64,000 nucleotides of DNA from Calditrichales bacterium (GCA_965267575.1 OZ254086.1:4668521-4732520); one strand, 5' to 3'; positions 9,204-18,519 are shown, counted from the stretch's first letter. Numbers and translations: made by a program. The notes: a model not told the origin generated them from the sequence alone.

Positions 9204-10733
9204 ATGAAGTACAATTATTTTATAATTAGTCTGGTGTTTGCATTTTTTGCGTTTACACAAAATGCACAAAGCCAGATGATGGGCGGCAACGGACATTGGA
9301 ATCCGGATTCATTAGTCGAAGTTACTGTTTCCGGAGAGGCAATTGTGGATAACAGTATGATGTACCCCATGTATTATCTGGATACTAATGATGATAACCA
9401 AGCCGACTATCATCTCAATTTTGGGCCGCACTGGTATACACCTGATAGCAGCGATGCGACAAGACCGGAAGACGGGCAACAAATTACGATCAAGGGTGGC
9501 AGCCCTATTTCGCACAATGACAGCATTAAAGTCATTGTAGTGTATGAAATAGATGGAATGTTCTGGCGCGCTCCCGTGGCTCCGACATGGAACTACATGG
9601 GCGGGCATCATAGCCAGGGGCATCATGGGGGAAATGGCTACGCCTTTGGCTGGATGCATGATTCTGTAAAAACGGTTGATGTGAGTGGCTCAGTTCTTAC
9701 GGATACCACGATGTATTTTACTCAATATTATCTGGATACCAACCAGGATACTTTGCCCGATTATTTTTTGAATTTTGGCCCGCCCTGGTATCAACCGGCA
9801 AGCGGCTCGGCCCGCCCGTCAGATGGTGAAATGGTTTCAATTACAGGCGGGTTAATGGAAAACCACGATCTGTCCATGTTGATTGTCTATCAAATCAATG
9901 ATCAGATTTGGCGGGATTCAACGTCTTTTGGCGGTCATTTTGGCGGCGGCTGGATGCATCGTGATATGGATTCCAGCCGGTATTTTCATTCCCCGTTTGA
10001 TTCACTGGATGGTATGCATGTTAATCCCGGGTGGCATGGCGGGATGCATCATGGGGAAATGATGGCCGATAGTCTTTTTTGCCAGATTCTGGAAGTTTTC
10101 CCGCAGAATATACCAAATCGTGGGGAACAGCATATTTTAGCCGGCTATGAAGTTGCCATGTTTAATCCCGATGGCAGCAACAATATGTGGCAGGATGGAA
10201 TGCATGGCAGGCATATGAACTTCAATAACAATATCGACTTCCGTCTCCATTACAATGATATCCAGTTACAGGGCGAGCATATTGCAGAAAGCAGCATTGC
10301 TGTAAAATATTGGGACGATCAAAGTAATAACTGGATTACAGTAAATAATGCATCAATTGATCAGGCTGCTAATTCTGTTTCATTCTCAAGTGATGAAGTC
10401 GGTAATTTTGTTATCTTGACCGGAATACAATCCACAACTACAATCGAAGACAAAAAGGATTTACTTATTAAAGGATTTGCCCTGAAGCAGAATTACCCCA
10501 ATCCTTTTAATCCTGAAACAAATATCGAGTTTGAATTGACTGAAAGTGGTCTGGTAAACCTTAGCATCTATAATGTTCTGGGGCAAAAAATAGTAATGCT
10601 TATTGATAAGTCAATGAACAGCGGAGCGCATGTGATTAAGTTTCAGGCCGATAATTTCCCTTCTGGAATTTATTACTATGCTCTCGAAAGCAACGGCCAT
10701 AAAATCGTTCGCAAAATGACATTGCTGAAATAA
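9204..10733 (+). CDS. Secreted His/Met-rich protein with two repeated domains and a T9SS-type C-terminal domain
   Basis: Signal peptide; two YYLDTN.D...DY.LNFGP.WY.P repeats; GGHHSQGHHGG and HGGMHHGEMM linkers; QNYPNPFNP tail. Confidence 0.8.
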   Translation: MKYNYFIISLVFAFFAFTQNAQSQMMGGNGHWNPDSLVEVTVSGEAIVDNSMMYPMYYLDTNDDNQADYHLNFGPHWYTPDSSDATRPEDGQQITIKGGSPISHNDSIKVIVVYEIDGMFWRAPVAPTWNYMGGHHSQGHHGGNGYAFGWMHDSVKTVDVSGSVLTDTTMYFTQYYLDTNQDTLPDYFLNFGPPWYQPASGSARPSDGEMVSITGGLMENHDLSMLIVYQINDQIWRDSTSFGGHFGGGWMHRDMDSSRYFHSPFDSLDGMHVNPGWHGGMHHGEMMADSLFCQILEVFPQNIPNRGEQHILAGYEVAMFNPDGSNNMWQDGMHGRHMNFNNNIDFRLHYNDIQLQGEHIAESSIAVKYWDDQSNNWITVNNASIDQAANSVSFSSDEVGNFVILTGIQSTTTIEDKKDLLIKGFALKQNYPNPFNPETNIEFELTESGLVNLSIYNVLGQKIVMLIDKSMNSGAHVIKFQADNFPSGIYYYALESNGHKIVRKMTLLK

Positions 10734-10753
10734 ATTCAAATGATTCCATAAAT

Positions 10754-10784
10754 CCCCGGTATTGAATTATATCGGGGTTTTTTT
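10754..10784 (+). terminator. Rho-independent terminator
   Basis: ccccggtat...atatcgggg followed by a T run. Confidence 0.7.
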
Positions 10785-10817
10785 AACTTTAGCGTCGTTT
10801 TATGAAGGAAATATAAT

Positions 10818-11624
10818 TTGAAGATTAGCAAGTCAAAATTCCTGATCAAAAAAATGGATTGTCCATCTGAAGAAAATATTATCCGCGTGAAGTTGGATGA
10901 TATTTCTTCCATAGAAAAATTGGATTTTGACATACCAGCCAGGACTTTGGAAATATACCACGTTGGCAACCTTGATCTTATTAGAGCGCGCATTGACAGT
11001 CTGAATTTCGATTCATCTTTTGTAAAAACCGAAACAACAGATTTTAATTATGAAACTGATGAGTCCATCAAACAAAAGAAACTGCTTTGGGCGGTGCTGG
11101 CCATAAATTTTGGATTTTTTATTATAGAAATGACAACCGGCTGGATATCCGGCTCAATGGGTTTAGTCGCCGACAGTCTGGACATGCTGGCGGATGCACT
11201 TGTATACAGTCTTAGTCTGATTGCTGTAGGTGGGACAATTGCAAGGAAGAAAAGCATCGCCAAAACGAGCGGCTACTTCCAAATGTTTTTGGCATTTCTT
11301 GGGTTTTTTGAAGTTATTCGCCGTTTTATCGGCTTTGACACACCGCCTGATTTTGAGACGATGATTATCGTTTCGGTTTTTGCATTAATTGCCAATGGGT
11401 TTTGTTTGTATCTGCTGCAAAAATCAAAAAGCGAAGAAGCCCATATGAAAGCCAGTATGATTTTTACATCGAATGATGTAATTATTAATAGCGGAGTCAT
11501 CTTGGCCGGTATTTTAGTAAATGTGCTAAATTCGAATAAGCCGGATTTGATTATTGGAGCAGTTGTTTTTCTAATTGTGATACGCGGGGCTTTTAAGATA
11601 TTAGGTTTGTCTAAACAAAACTAA
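10818..11624 (+). CDS. CDF (CzcD-like) cation transporter with an N-terminal HMA-like domain
   Basis: MDCPSEE at the N-terminus; SMGLVADSLDMLAD, HMKASMIFTSNDVI. Confidence 0.9.
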   Translation: MKISKSKFLIKKMDCPSEENIIRVKLDDISSIEKLDFDIPARTLEIYHVGNLDLIRARIDSLNFDSSFVKTETTDFNYETDESIKQKKLLWAVLAINFGFFIIEMTTGWISGSMGLVADSLDMLADALVYSLSLIAVGGTIARKKSIAKTSGYFQMFLAFLGFFEVIRRFIGFDTPPDFETMIIVSVFALIANGFCLYLLQKSKSEEAHMKASMIFTSNDVIINSGVILAGILVNVLNSNKPDLIIGAVVFLIVIRGAFKILGLSKQN

Positions 11625-11648
11625 GTTGCTAACAAGTATTAGACGTAC
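11625..11648 (-). mobile_element. attI-like simple site / cassette 5' boundary
   Basis: Minus strand ACGTCTAATACTT-G|TTAGCAAC; the core is the exact reverse complement of the attC R'' side GTTGCTAAC (minus strand, 2902-2894). Confidence 0.55.
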
Positions 11649-11685
11649 TAAAATCCATGTTACAAAAAGACTAATTAGTATTTTT

Positions 11686-11753
11686 TATATGTGGAAAAAA
11701 TTCCATATAAAACGCTTATAGCGTGGTATAGGTGGAAAATTTTCCATATAAAA
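11686..11753. promoter_or_regulatory. Two tandem imperfect palindromes, 41-bp period
   Basis: tatatgtggaaaaaattccatataaaa (11686-11712) and tataggtggaaaattttccatataaaa (11727-11753). Confidence 0.6.
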
Positions 11754-11846
11754 ACACGGTTTTAGTCACCCTATTTTATTTTGGAATAATATAACCACAA
11801 AAAATAGCGAAAACAGAATTTTTTCCACCGTTTAACAGCAAGCCGC

Positions 11847-12236
11847 TCAGGCATCATCAACCGCCGTAACCACCAGGTACAGGCCCTGCATCTCTTCAAC
11901 AATAACGCTTTGGCCTTTCTCGATTTTTTCTTCTGTGTGGGCCAGGGCCTTCCAGTATTCACCATCCACCAATACGCGGCCATGGCCATCGCGGAAGGTC
12001 TGTACCACCCTGCCCGTTTTGCCCACCAGCTTGTCGCGTTCATCGCGGATGTAGGCCTTCCAGGTAAATGGGAAGAGGACAATATCCTTCACCAGCCACA
12101 GGCCCCAAATCGTAAAGGCGATCCACAACGGGTAGGCCACAAACTGGTAAACAAGCATAAGTACCGCGCTGATGAGCAACAGGCCCGGCACCTGATAGCG
12201 GATATAGCGCCAAACGGTTTTGGAATCAGGATGCAT
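11847..12236 (-). CDS. NfeD-like membrane protein
   Basis: Two N-terminal TM segments, then LVGKTGRV...GRVLVDGEYWKA...I.KG..V.V (OB-fold motif). Confidence 0.85.
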   Translation of the reverse strand: MHPDSKTVWRYIRYQVPGLLLISAVLMLVYQFVAYPLWIAFTIWGLWLVKDIVLFPFTWKAYIRDERDKLVGKTGRVVQTFRDGHGRVLVDGEYWKALAHTEEKIEKGQSVIVEEMQGLYLVVTAVDDA

Positions 12237-12256
12237 TTGATGTTTCTTATTTTAAT

Positions 12257-12281
12257 AAAAAAAGCCGGGACAAAGCCCGGC
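12257..12281 (-). terminator. Terminator downstream of the SNF2 gene
   Basis: gccggg/cccggc stem with an A run on the + strand. Confidence 0.6.
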
Positions 12282-12325
12282 AGAAAGATAGGGGTGTTGA
12301 TAGGTTTTTTGCAAAAGCGAGTTCG

Positions 12326-12475
12326 AACCCATCCCTAAATCCCTTCCCTAAACCTTAAGGAAGGGACTTTAAATTTTGTCATCATTTGCTGATAAGTAAT
12401 TTAGTCGTATTAATCCTTACAGCCAGTTTTTGCTCCCCTTCCCTTGCTTCAAGGGAAGGGGCCGGGGGATGGGTT
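12326..12475. repeat. Pair of inverted REP-like palindromes
   Basis: aacccatccctaaatcccttccct...aggaaggga and ctccccttccct...agggaaggggccgggggatgggtt. Confidence 0.7.
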
Positions 12476-12477
12476 CC

Positions 12478-15400
12478 CTACTCAAACAGCTCCAGAATAT
12501 CCTCTTTGGAGAGCGATTTAAAGAAAGTCTCCTCAGTTGAGATTAAAGACTCCACCAGCTCTTTTTTGCTTTGCTGCAGACGCAGGATCTTCTCTTCCAC
12601 GCTGTCCTTGGAGATCAGCTTGTAGGCAAATACTTTGCGCGTCTGGCCAATGCGGTAAGCACGGTCAGTGGCCTGCATCTCAACGGCCGGGTTCCACCAC
12701 GGGTCGTAATGGATCACATAATCTGCGGCGGTCAGGTTCAGTCCCGTTCCACCGGCTTTCAGGCTGATCAGGAACGTGCGCACTTCGGGATCTTCCTGGA
12801 AACTGCGCACGGCTGCTTCACGGTCCTTGGTGGATCCGTCCAGGTAGGAGTAATTGATGGCCGATTCATCAAAGTGCCTTTTGATGTGCTGCAGCATCTG
12901 CACAAACTGGCTGAAGATCAGCACCTTATGGTTCTCGGAAATGATCTCCTCCACCATTTCCTTCAAAGCGTCGAACTTGCCGGAGCTATGCTCGAAGGCG
13001 CTGTTGACCAGGGCCGGGTGGCAGGCAATCTGGCGCAGCTTGGTCAATCCTTCCAACACCTTGAACTTGGATTTATTGAATCCTTTGGATTCGATCTCTT
13101 CAAGAATGCTGTCACGGTAGCTGAGACGCCATTTGTCGTACAGGGCCTGCTGCGCATCCAGCATCGGTGAATAGATCACGCTTTCCACCTTGGGCGGCAG
13201 TTCGGTGGCCACATCTTCTTTGGTGCGCCGTAAAATAAAGGGGAAGATCAGCCGCTTCAGCGTGTTGGCCACTTCCACGTTTTGCTCTTTCTCAATCGGG
13301 CGCATAAAGGTCTCTTTAAAGAAATGCTGGTCTCCCAGTAACCCGGGATTAACAAACGCAAACTGCGACCACAGGTCCATGGTGTTATTTTCCACCGGCG
13401 TACCGGTGAGCGCCAGCTTGTTGATGCCTTCCAGCAGCCGCACCGCTTTTGATGTTTCCGACTGTGGGTTTTTCACGTTCTGTGACTCGTCAAGAATCAC
13501 GTAAGTAAAACGAATGTCCCGCAGAAACTCGATGTCCCGTCGCAGGTGGCCGTAGGTGGTCAGGATAAGCTGGTACTTTTTCAGCTTGCGGATGTCCTTG
13601 GAGCGCCGCGTACCATAATGCACGTGGTAGATCAGGTCCGGGGCAAAGCGCTCAATCTCGCTGACCCAGTTAAAGATCACCGAAGTGGGTGCCACAATCA
13701 GGTTGCAGCCCTTGGGATCTTTATTGAGAATACCGCGCAGCATGGCCAGTGTCTGGATGGTTTTTCCCAGACCCATGTCATCCGCCAGTATACCGCCAAA
13801 GGAAAATTCACGCAGGAAGTTAAGCCAGTCAAAACCGGCCTTCTGGTAATCACGCAACTCACCGTCGAAGTTTTTCGGCAACTCGTAAGATTTAATCTTA
13901 TCGAATTTATCCAGCTTCTTCAGTTTCTCCTGGCTCAGATTATCCAGCTTTTTGTGATCGGCTTCCACCAGCAGCTTGTCCACAAAAGACATGTGGTGGT
14001 TGGCAAAACGGATGGACGCATCGTCCACGCGGCCAAAGTTGATGATGTAGTTGAATTTCTCGATCAGTTTTTCAGGCAGCCGGGCGATGGTACCGTCCTT
14101 CAGCTTGACGTACTTTTTCTGAGCGCGCAGGGCTTTTTTCAGCTCTTCCAGGCTAACCGGAACGCCGTCAAATTCCAGGTTCAACTCAATATCAAACCAG
14201 TCTTCCTCGGATGAGATATTTACACCAAAGTTGGCGCTGGCCCTTTTCACCTTAAAACGAACCAGGTTTTCCTCGCCCATTATCTCAAAGCCTTCTTTGG
14301 AAAGCGCCGGCAGGCCGTCAAACAGCCAGTTCAGCGAATCCTCAAACCAGGCGTAAAACAACCCCGGCGTATCTTCGGCAATGCCGCTATCCAGCACACG
14401 TTGGCGCGCGGCTTCTTCCGTATCCAGGTCGCGATGGACGCGGATAATCTGCTGGCTTTTGGTGTCGTAATGCAGATAGGTGTCGTTACTTTGGCTGTAG
14501 GCGATTTCGATGTTCTCATACATGAAGGAAAGCGAAACCACAAGCTGGTCGTCCATCTCCTCAATGTACAGGCGCTGCGCGTCTATATCGCGCACCTCGT
14601 GCACCTCGATGCCCGGCGGGAAATCCACGTAAGGGAAAATGGGCAGCTTGGCGAGGTACTCGGAGATAAAACTCTGGTACTCATCCTTGCTCAGCGTGAT
14701 CTGCAGCTTCTCATCGATGAAGGACTTGATGTAGGCGTAGCTCAGCGGAAAATCACACTGGTACAGTTTGCCGTTACGGTAAAACCAGATCGGGTTAACG
14801 GTCAGGATCTTGGTATCTTTGTCTATCATCACCTCTTCTTCAAAGCGCACAAAGTATGGCTGAAAACGGTAATGGCCGTTTTCGGCGATCATCTTGAAAC
14901 GCAGCTTCCACGGTGTATGACCAAAACGCACCCGCGTCCCGATGGTCCCATCTTCGTTTTTGATGTGGATTTCCGACGTGCGCAGCAGATTAAATATCTG
15001 CCCGGCGTCCAGGCCAAACTTGAGATAACTGGTTTCCAGCCGGCCGCGGTAGTAGACGCTGGACTGCTGCGATTGCAGACGCTCCAGGTAAGAAATGGCG
15101 ATCAAATCACCTGACGTTCTGAAAACATTCTGAGCCGAAAGTTCATTGAAAGACGGCTCCTGGATGCGGCCATACGTACCGTCTTTTTTCATGTAAACTT
15201 TTACCGGCTTGATGTTCCAGTAATTTTCCGTGATGTGAATGATATAGATAAGCTTCCAGCGCACTTCCTGCGAGAAATCACTGTCCACGCGTTGTATGGC
15301 GATCAGCTTCTCAAAGTATTCGCGCCAGTTGGTGGCTTCTTCTTCCGGTTTTTCTTCGGTCGTGGCCTGGTCGTCGATCACCTTAAGGGCAACGGCGACC

Positions 15401-15624
15401 GCGTGCTTGCAGGTGTACTTGTATGGGCAGGTACACGTACTCATGAACGAATTGCCGTCCACGTTCAGCTTGGTCAGATAGGGATGGGTTCCCAATACCG
15501 TGGCCGTTACAGAAAGGTTATCAACATGTTTTATTTTTACACGACCGTCCTTGAAATAATCTAGTCCCTGACGGAAGATCATATCAGGGACTTTATCTTT
15601 TAAGTCCTTAATGTCTATGTGCAC
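12478..15624 (-). CDS. SWIM zinc finger-SNF2 family helicase/ATPase
   Basis: CTCP...CKH (SWIM); LADDMGLGKT, DESQ, LTGTPVEN, SLKAGGTGLNL, QATDRAYRIGQ. Confidence 0.95.
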   Translation of the reverse strand: MHIDIKDLKDKVPDMIFRQGLDYFKDGRVKIKHVDNLSVTATVLGTHPYLTKLNVDGNSFMSTCTCPYKYTCKHAVAVALKVIDDQATTEEKPEEEATNWREYFEKLIAIQRVDSDFSQEVRWKLIYIIHITENYWNIKPVKVYMKKDGTYGRIQEPSFNELSAQNVFRTSGDLIAISYLERLQSQQSSVYYRGRLETSYLKFGLDAGQIFNLLRTSEIHIKNEDGTIGTRVRFGHTPWKLRFKMIAENGHYRFQPYFVRFEEEVMIDKDTKILTVNPIWFYRNGKLYQCDFPLSYAYIKSFIDEKLQITLSKDEYQSFISEYLAKLPIFPYVDFPPGIEVHEVRDIDAQRLYIEEMDDQLVVSLSFMYENIEIAYSQSNDTYLHYDTKSQQIIRVHRDLDTEEAARQRVLDSGIAEDTPGLFYAWFEDSLNWLFDGLPALSKEGFEIMGEENLVRFKVKRASANFGVNISSEEDWFDIELNLEFDGVPVSLEELKKALRAQKKYVKLKDGTIARLPEKLIEKFNYIINFGRVDDASIRFANHHMSFVDKLLVEADHKKLDNLSQEKLKKLDKFDKIKSYELPKNFDGELRDYQKAGFDWLNFLREFSFGGILADDMGLGKTIQTLAMLRGILNKDPKGCNLIVAPTSVIFNWVSEIERFAPDLIYHVHYGTRRSKDIRKLKKYQLILTTYGHLRRDIEFLRDIRFTYVILDESQNVKNPQSETSKAVRLLEGINKLALTGTPVENNTMDLWSQFAFVNPGLLGDQHFFKETFMRPIEKEQNVEVANTLKRLIFPFILRRTKEDVATELPPKVESVIYSPMLDAQQALYDKWRLSYRDSILEEIESKGFNKSKFKVLEGLTKLRQIACHPALVNSAFEHSSGKFDALKEMVEEIISENHKVLIFSQFVQMLQHIKRHFDESAINYSYLDGSTKDREAAVRSFQEDPEVRTFLISLKAGGTGLNLTAADYVIHYDPWWNPAVEMQATDRAYRIGQTRKVFAYKLISKDSVEEKILRLQQSKKELVESLISTEETFFKSLSKEDILELFE

Positions 15625-15776
15625 AATATCTCCGTAATCACTTTTTGGCAGCTCAATTTTCCCTCATTGCAAGAGGGCATTATGAAGCAAGAATATACAC
15701 ATTCACTTTTTAGAGTACAAAACGAATTTTCACTTTTTACGGGCCTATTTTAAATTAACTTCCTTTTCGGAAAGAT

Positions 15777-16853
15777 ATGGGCATGAATCGTTCGCAATTA
15801 TTAAAAAATATTTCCTGGGGCTTTTTGCCGATCGCCGTCTTTCTTGTAGCGGATATCTGGCTGGGCACGCTGTGGAGCATTACGGTAGCGCTTGCATTTG
15901 GTTTCGCCGAATTACTCTGGATATATCTGCGTCAAAAACGGGTTGAACGTTTCATCCTGTTCGATATCGCCCTGCTGGCTGTATTCGGTATCGTCTCAAT
16001 CGTACTTGACAATGATGTTTTCTTCAAACTAAAACCGGCCTTCCTGGAATTGATTGCGGTAGCCCTGTTGGGTCTGCATGCTTTTTCACCCTGGCCTGTC
16101 CTTAGCTATGCCGTAAAACGCTATAGCGGAGGGCAGACTTTTTCGCCGCTGCAGGAACAGCTCATGAGCAGAATGGCGCTGCTGCTGTTTGTCATCCTCG
16201 CTGCGCATACGGCGCTGATTGTCTGGTCGGCCTACGCGCTTAGTACCGAATGGTGGGCATTTATCTCCGGGGGGCTGTTTTACATTCTGCTGGGGCTGGT
16301 TTTTGCCGGACAATGGTTCTACATGCGCAAAAGGATGAAGCCGGCGCAGCGCGCGGACGAACGATTCGACATCGTGGATGAGCAGGGCCGGGTAATCGGC
16401 AACGCCGCCCGCAGGGAAGTGCACGGCAATCCGTCGCTGCTGCACCGCACCGTCCATATCCACGTTTTTGATGACAAGGGTCGTTTGTTTCTGCAAAAAC
16501 GCTCGGCTGCCAAAGACCTCTTCCCCGGCTACTGGGACACCGCCGTGGGCGGCCACGTGGACAGCGGCGAAACCGTGGAAAAAGCCCTGCTGCGCGAAGC
16601 CCGCGAAGAGCTCGGTATAGATGCGCGCGTGGCCAGGCCGCTGTTTCGCTACATCATGCGCAACCGTTTTGAAAGCGAATTGGTGCACACCTATCGCCTG
16701 GCACACAACGGCCCGTTCCGTTTAAACAGCGCCGAAATCGAAGAGGGCCGCTTCTGGTCGCTTTTTGAAATCAGGAAATTGTTGAAGCAAAACGTTTTTA
16801 CGCCCAACTTTGAAGAAGAATTCTCCTTGCTGCAAAAACACGGGGTTATTTAA
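15777..16853 (+). CDS. IspZ/YciB-like membrane domain fused to a NUDIX hydrolase (IPP isomerase-like)
   Basis: TM region with FFKLKP; LLHRTVH, LQKRS..K..FPG.WD, Nudix box GGHVDSGE.....LREAREELG. Confidence 0.85.
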   Translation: MGMNRSQLLKNISWGFLPIAVFLVADIWLGTLWSITVALAFGFAELLWIYLRQKRVERFILFDIALLAVFGIVSIVLDNDVFFKLKPAFLELIAVALLGLHAFSPWPVLSYAVKRYSGGQTFSPLQEQLMSRMALLLFVILAAHTALIVWSAYALSTEWWAFISGGLFYILLGLVFAGQWFYMRKRMKPAQRADERFDIVDEQGRVIGNAARREVHGNPSLLHRTVHIHVFDDKGRLFLQKRSAAKDLFPGYWDTAVGGHVDSGETVEKALLREAREELGIDARVARPLFRYIMRNRFESELVHTYRLAHNGPFRLNSAEIEEGRFWSLFEIRKLLKQNVFTPNFEEEFSLLQKHGVI

Positions 16854-16899
16854 ATTAGGAATTAGGAATTAGGAATTAGGAATTAGGAATTGGGAATTT
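16854..16899 (+). repeat. Heptamer tandem repeat (ATTAGGA)n
   Basis: attagga repeated about 5 times, plus degenerate copies. Confidence 0.9.
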
Positions 16900-16967
16900 T
16901 AGAGGTAATCCCGGTTTACGAACATATTATGACCGGGATGTCCAATGGCAAACGGGAAAGTCTGAGC

Positions 16968-17070
16968 ATGATCAGGATCATTGATCAAGAATGATGTAAA
17001 TAGCCCTGACACTTTAACACCCTAACACGCTAACACTCTAACACTTTAACACCTTAACACCTTAACACTT
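16968..17070 (+). repeat. GATCA repeats followed by an octamer array (TAACACNN)n
   Basis: atgatcaggatcattgatcaag, then about 8 taacac(c/t/g)(c/t) units ending just before the ATG at 17080. Confidence 0.85.
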
Positions 17071-17079
17071 TTAAAGATT

Positions 17080-17850
17080 ATGAAAACACTGAGATACAAA
17101 AAACAGGACAACGTGGCGGTTTTGTCGCTGCACCGTCCGCAAAAGTATAACGCGCTGAACGGCGCGCTGCTCAGAGAGCTTAATGCCCTGCTGGATGAAA
17201 TCGGGCGGGATGAGCAAATCCGCCTGCTGACCATAGACGGCGGCGAAAGTAACTGCTTCTGCTCCGGCGTCGATCTGGAAGAGCTGCATAACTTCCGCTC
17301 TATAGAAGAGGCGCGTCGTTTTGCGCTGCTGTTTGATGAAACCATGACCCGGCTGCTAAAATTCGGCAAACCCGTCGTGGCCGTGATGCGTGGGCTGGCC
17401 TACGGCGGCGGTTTTGCGCTGGCTTCGGCAGCAGACCTGCGTATAGCTACAAATGACATCCGCATCTCTTTTCCGGCGGGACGCCTGGGTGCGATTTTGC
17501 CCCCTGCCCTTACCTGTATGCTCAACGCGCTGGTCGGCATCGGCACCAGCCGCGATCTGCTGATGACCGGTCGCGTGGTGGAAGCCCAGGAAGCGCTAAG
17601 CCTCGGACTGATCAACCGGCTTGAGACTGCGGAAAACATTGCCCCGAGTCTGCAAAGCGAAATCGATGCTATTCTTAAGAGTAGCAACACCGCGCTGGAG
17701 ATGACACGGCGCATCACCAACCAGCAGCTCATCGTCGAAATAGAAAAATACAATCTCACCGGCGCAGAAAACTTTGCCTACCTCTCCGGCACGGAAGAAT
17801 GGCAAAAGCGTGTCGCCCGTTTTTTTGAGCGCAGAAAAAAAGCTAAATGA
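17080..17850 (+). CDS. Enoyl-CoA hydratase/isomerase (crotonase) family protein
   Basis: LHRPQKYNAL, FCSGVDL, KPVVA..G.AYGGG, ADLRIA, EAL.LGLIN. Confidence 0.9.
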   Translation: MKTLRYKKQDNVAVLSLHRPQKYNALNGALLRELNALLDEIGRDEQIRLLTIDGGESNCFCSGVDLEELHNFRSIEEARRFALLFDETMTRLLKFGKPVVAVMRGLAYGGGFALASAADLRIATNDIRISFPAGRLGAILPPALTCMLNALVGIGTSRDLLMTGRVVEAQEALSLGLINRLETAENIAPSLQSEIDAILKSSNTALEMTRRITNQQLIVEIEKYNLTGAENFAYLSGTEEWQKRVARFFERRKKAK

Positions 17851-17914
17851 GATATCAGCAACACCGCCAAAGTATTTCATTCGTAATTCGTAATTCCCGC
17901 ATTCCTTAATTTCT

Positions 17915-18511
17915 TCAAAGGGTGCTGTTAAAAAACACCGGCTGCCGAAAAGCCATCGAGGTCTGGTCGCTTTGCAGCATGATCGCCGCGCGGCGCAGCA
18001 TCATCTCGGCATAGGCGGCTTCCGTGCCCCCGCCAAAAACAGGGTAACCTTCATCTCCCGGCTCGGAAGGACGGTATCTGTGCCCAACGCTAAAACCGAT
18101 GCGTCCCCCTTCAGGAAACATCTGCTTTATGCTGTACACCAGCATCCGGGCCTGCCGCGCCTGCCCCGCCGGGTTACGAATCCACATGGCATGCAGAGGG
18201 TTGCTCAGAAACAAGGGTTTTAACAAAATGGCCGGCATTTGGGCATGTACAAGGTTAGGTGAGCCGCCCATGAAAACACCCTGCTCGCCGGCCAGGGCTG
18301 TATCAAATTCGCGGGCAATCAGCCCGGCAAAAAGGCGGCCCCACTTGCGGCTGCCCTGCGCATCACCATTGCCGCATAACACCAGGGTATAGTTGCTTTC
18401 CAGCTCGCTGCTGTAATTGTAGTGCGCCTCCACATAGCCCACACAACCATCGGTGTTGGCCTGCTTCTGGCGCGCCTCATATTCGCCTTTGTAAAAACAA
18501 ATATCATACAT
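17915..18511 (-). CDS. Circularly permuted Amidase_3-like protein; catalytic Glu appears replaced by Lys
   Basis: Motif order R..AN / EAHYN / MPAILLKPLFLSN, then SVGH...DEG...GGTE (normally N-terminal) at the C-terminus. Confidence 0.7.
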   Translation of the reverse strand: MYDICFYKGEYEARQKQANTDGCVGYVEAHYNYSSELESNYTLVLCGNGDAQGSRKWGRLFAGLIAREFDTALAGEQGVFMGGSPNLVHAQMPAILLKPLFLSNPLHAMWIRNPAGQARQARMLVYSIKQMFPEGGRIGFSVGHRYRPSEPGDEGYPVFGGGTEAAYAEMMLRRAAIMLQSDQTSMAFRQPVFFNSTL

Positions 18512-18519
18512 AATAAAAC

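Noticed and set aside
16854..17070. Short repeat arrays as a CRISPR array
   Set aside because: Units are 7-8 bp with no unique spacers, and no cas genes are in the window
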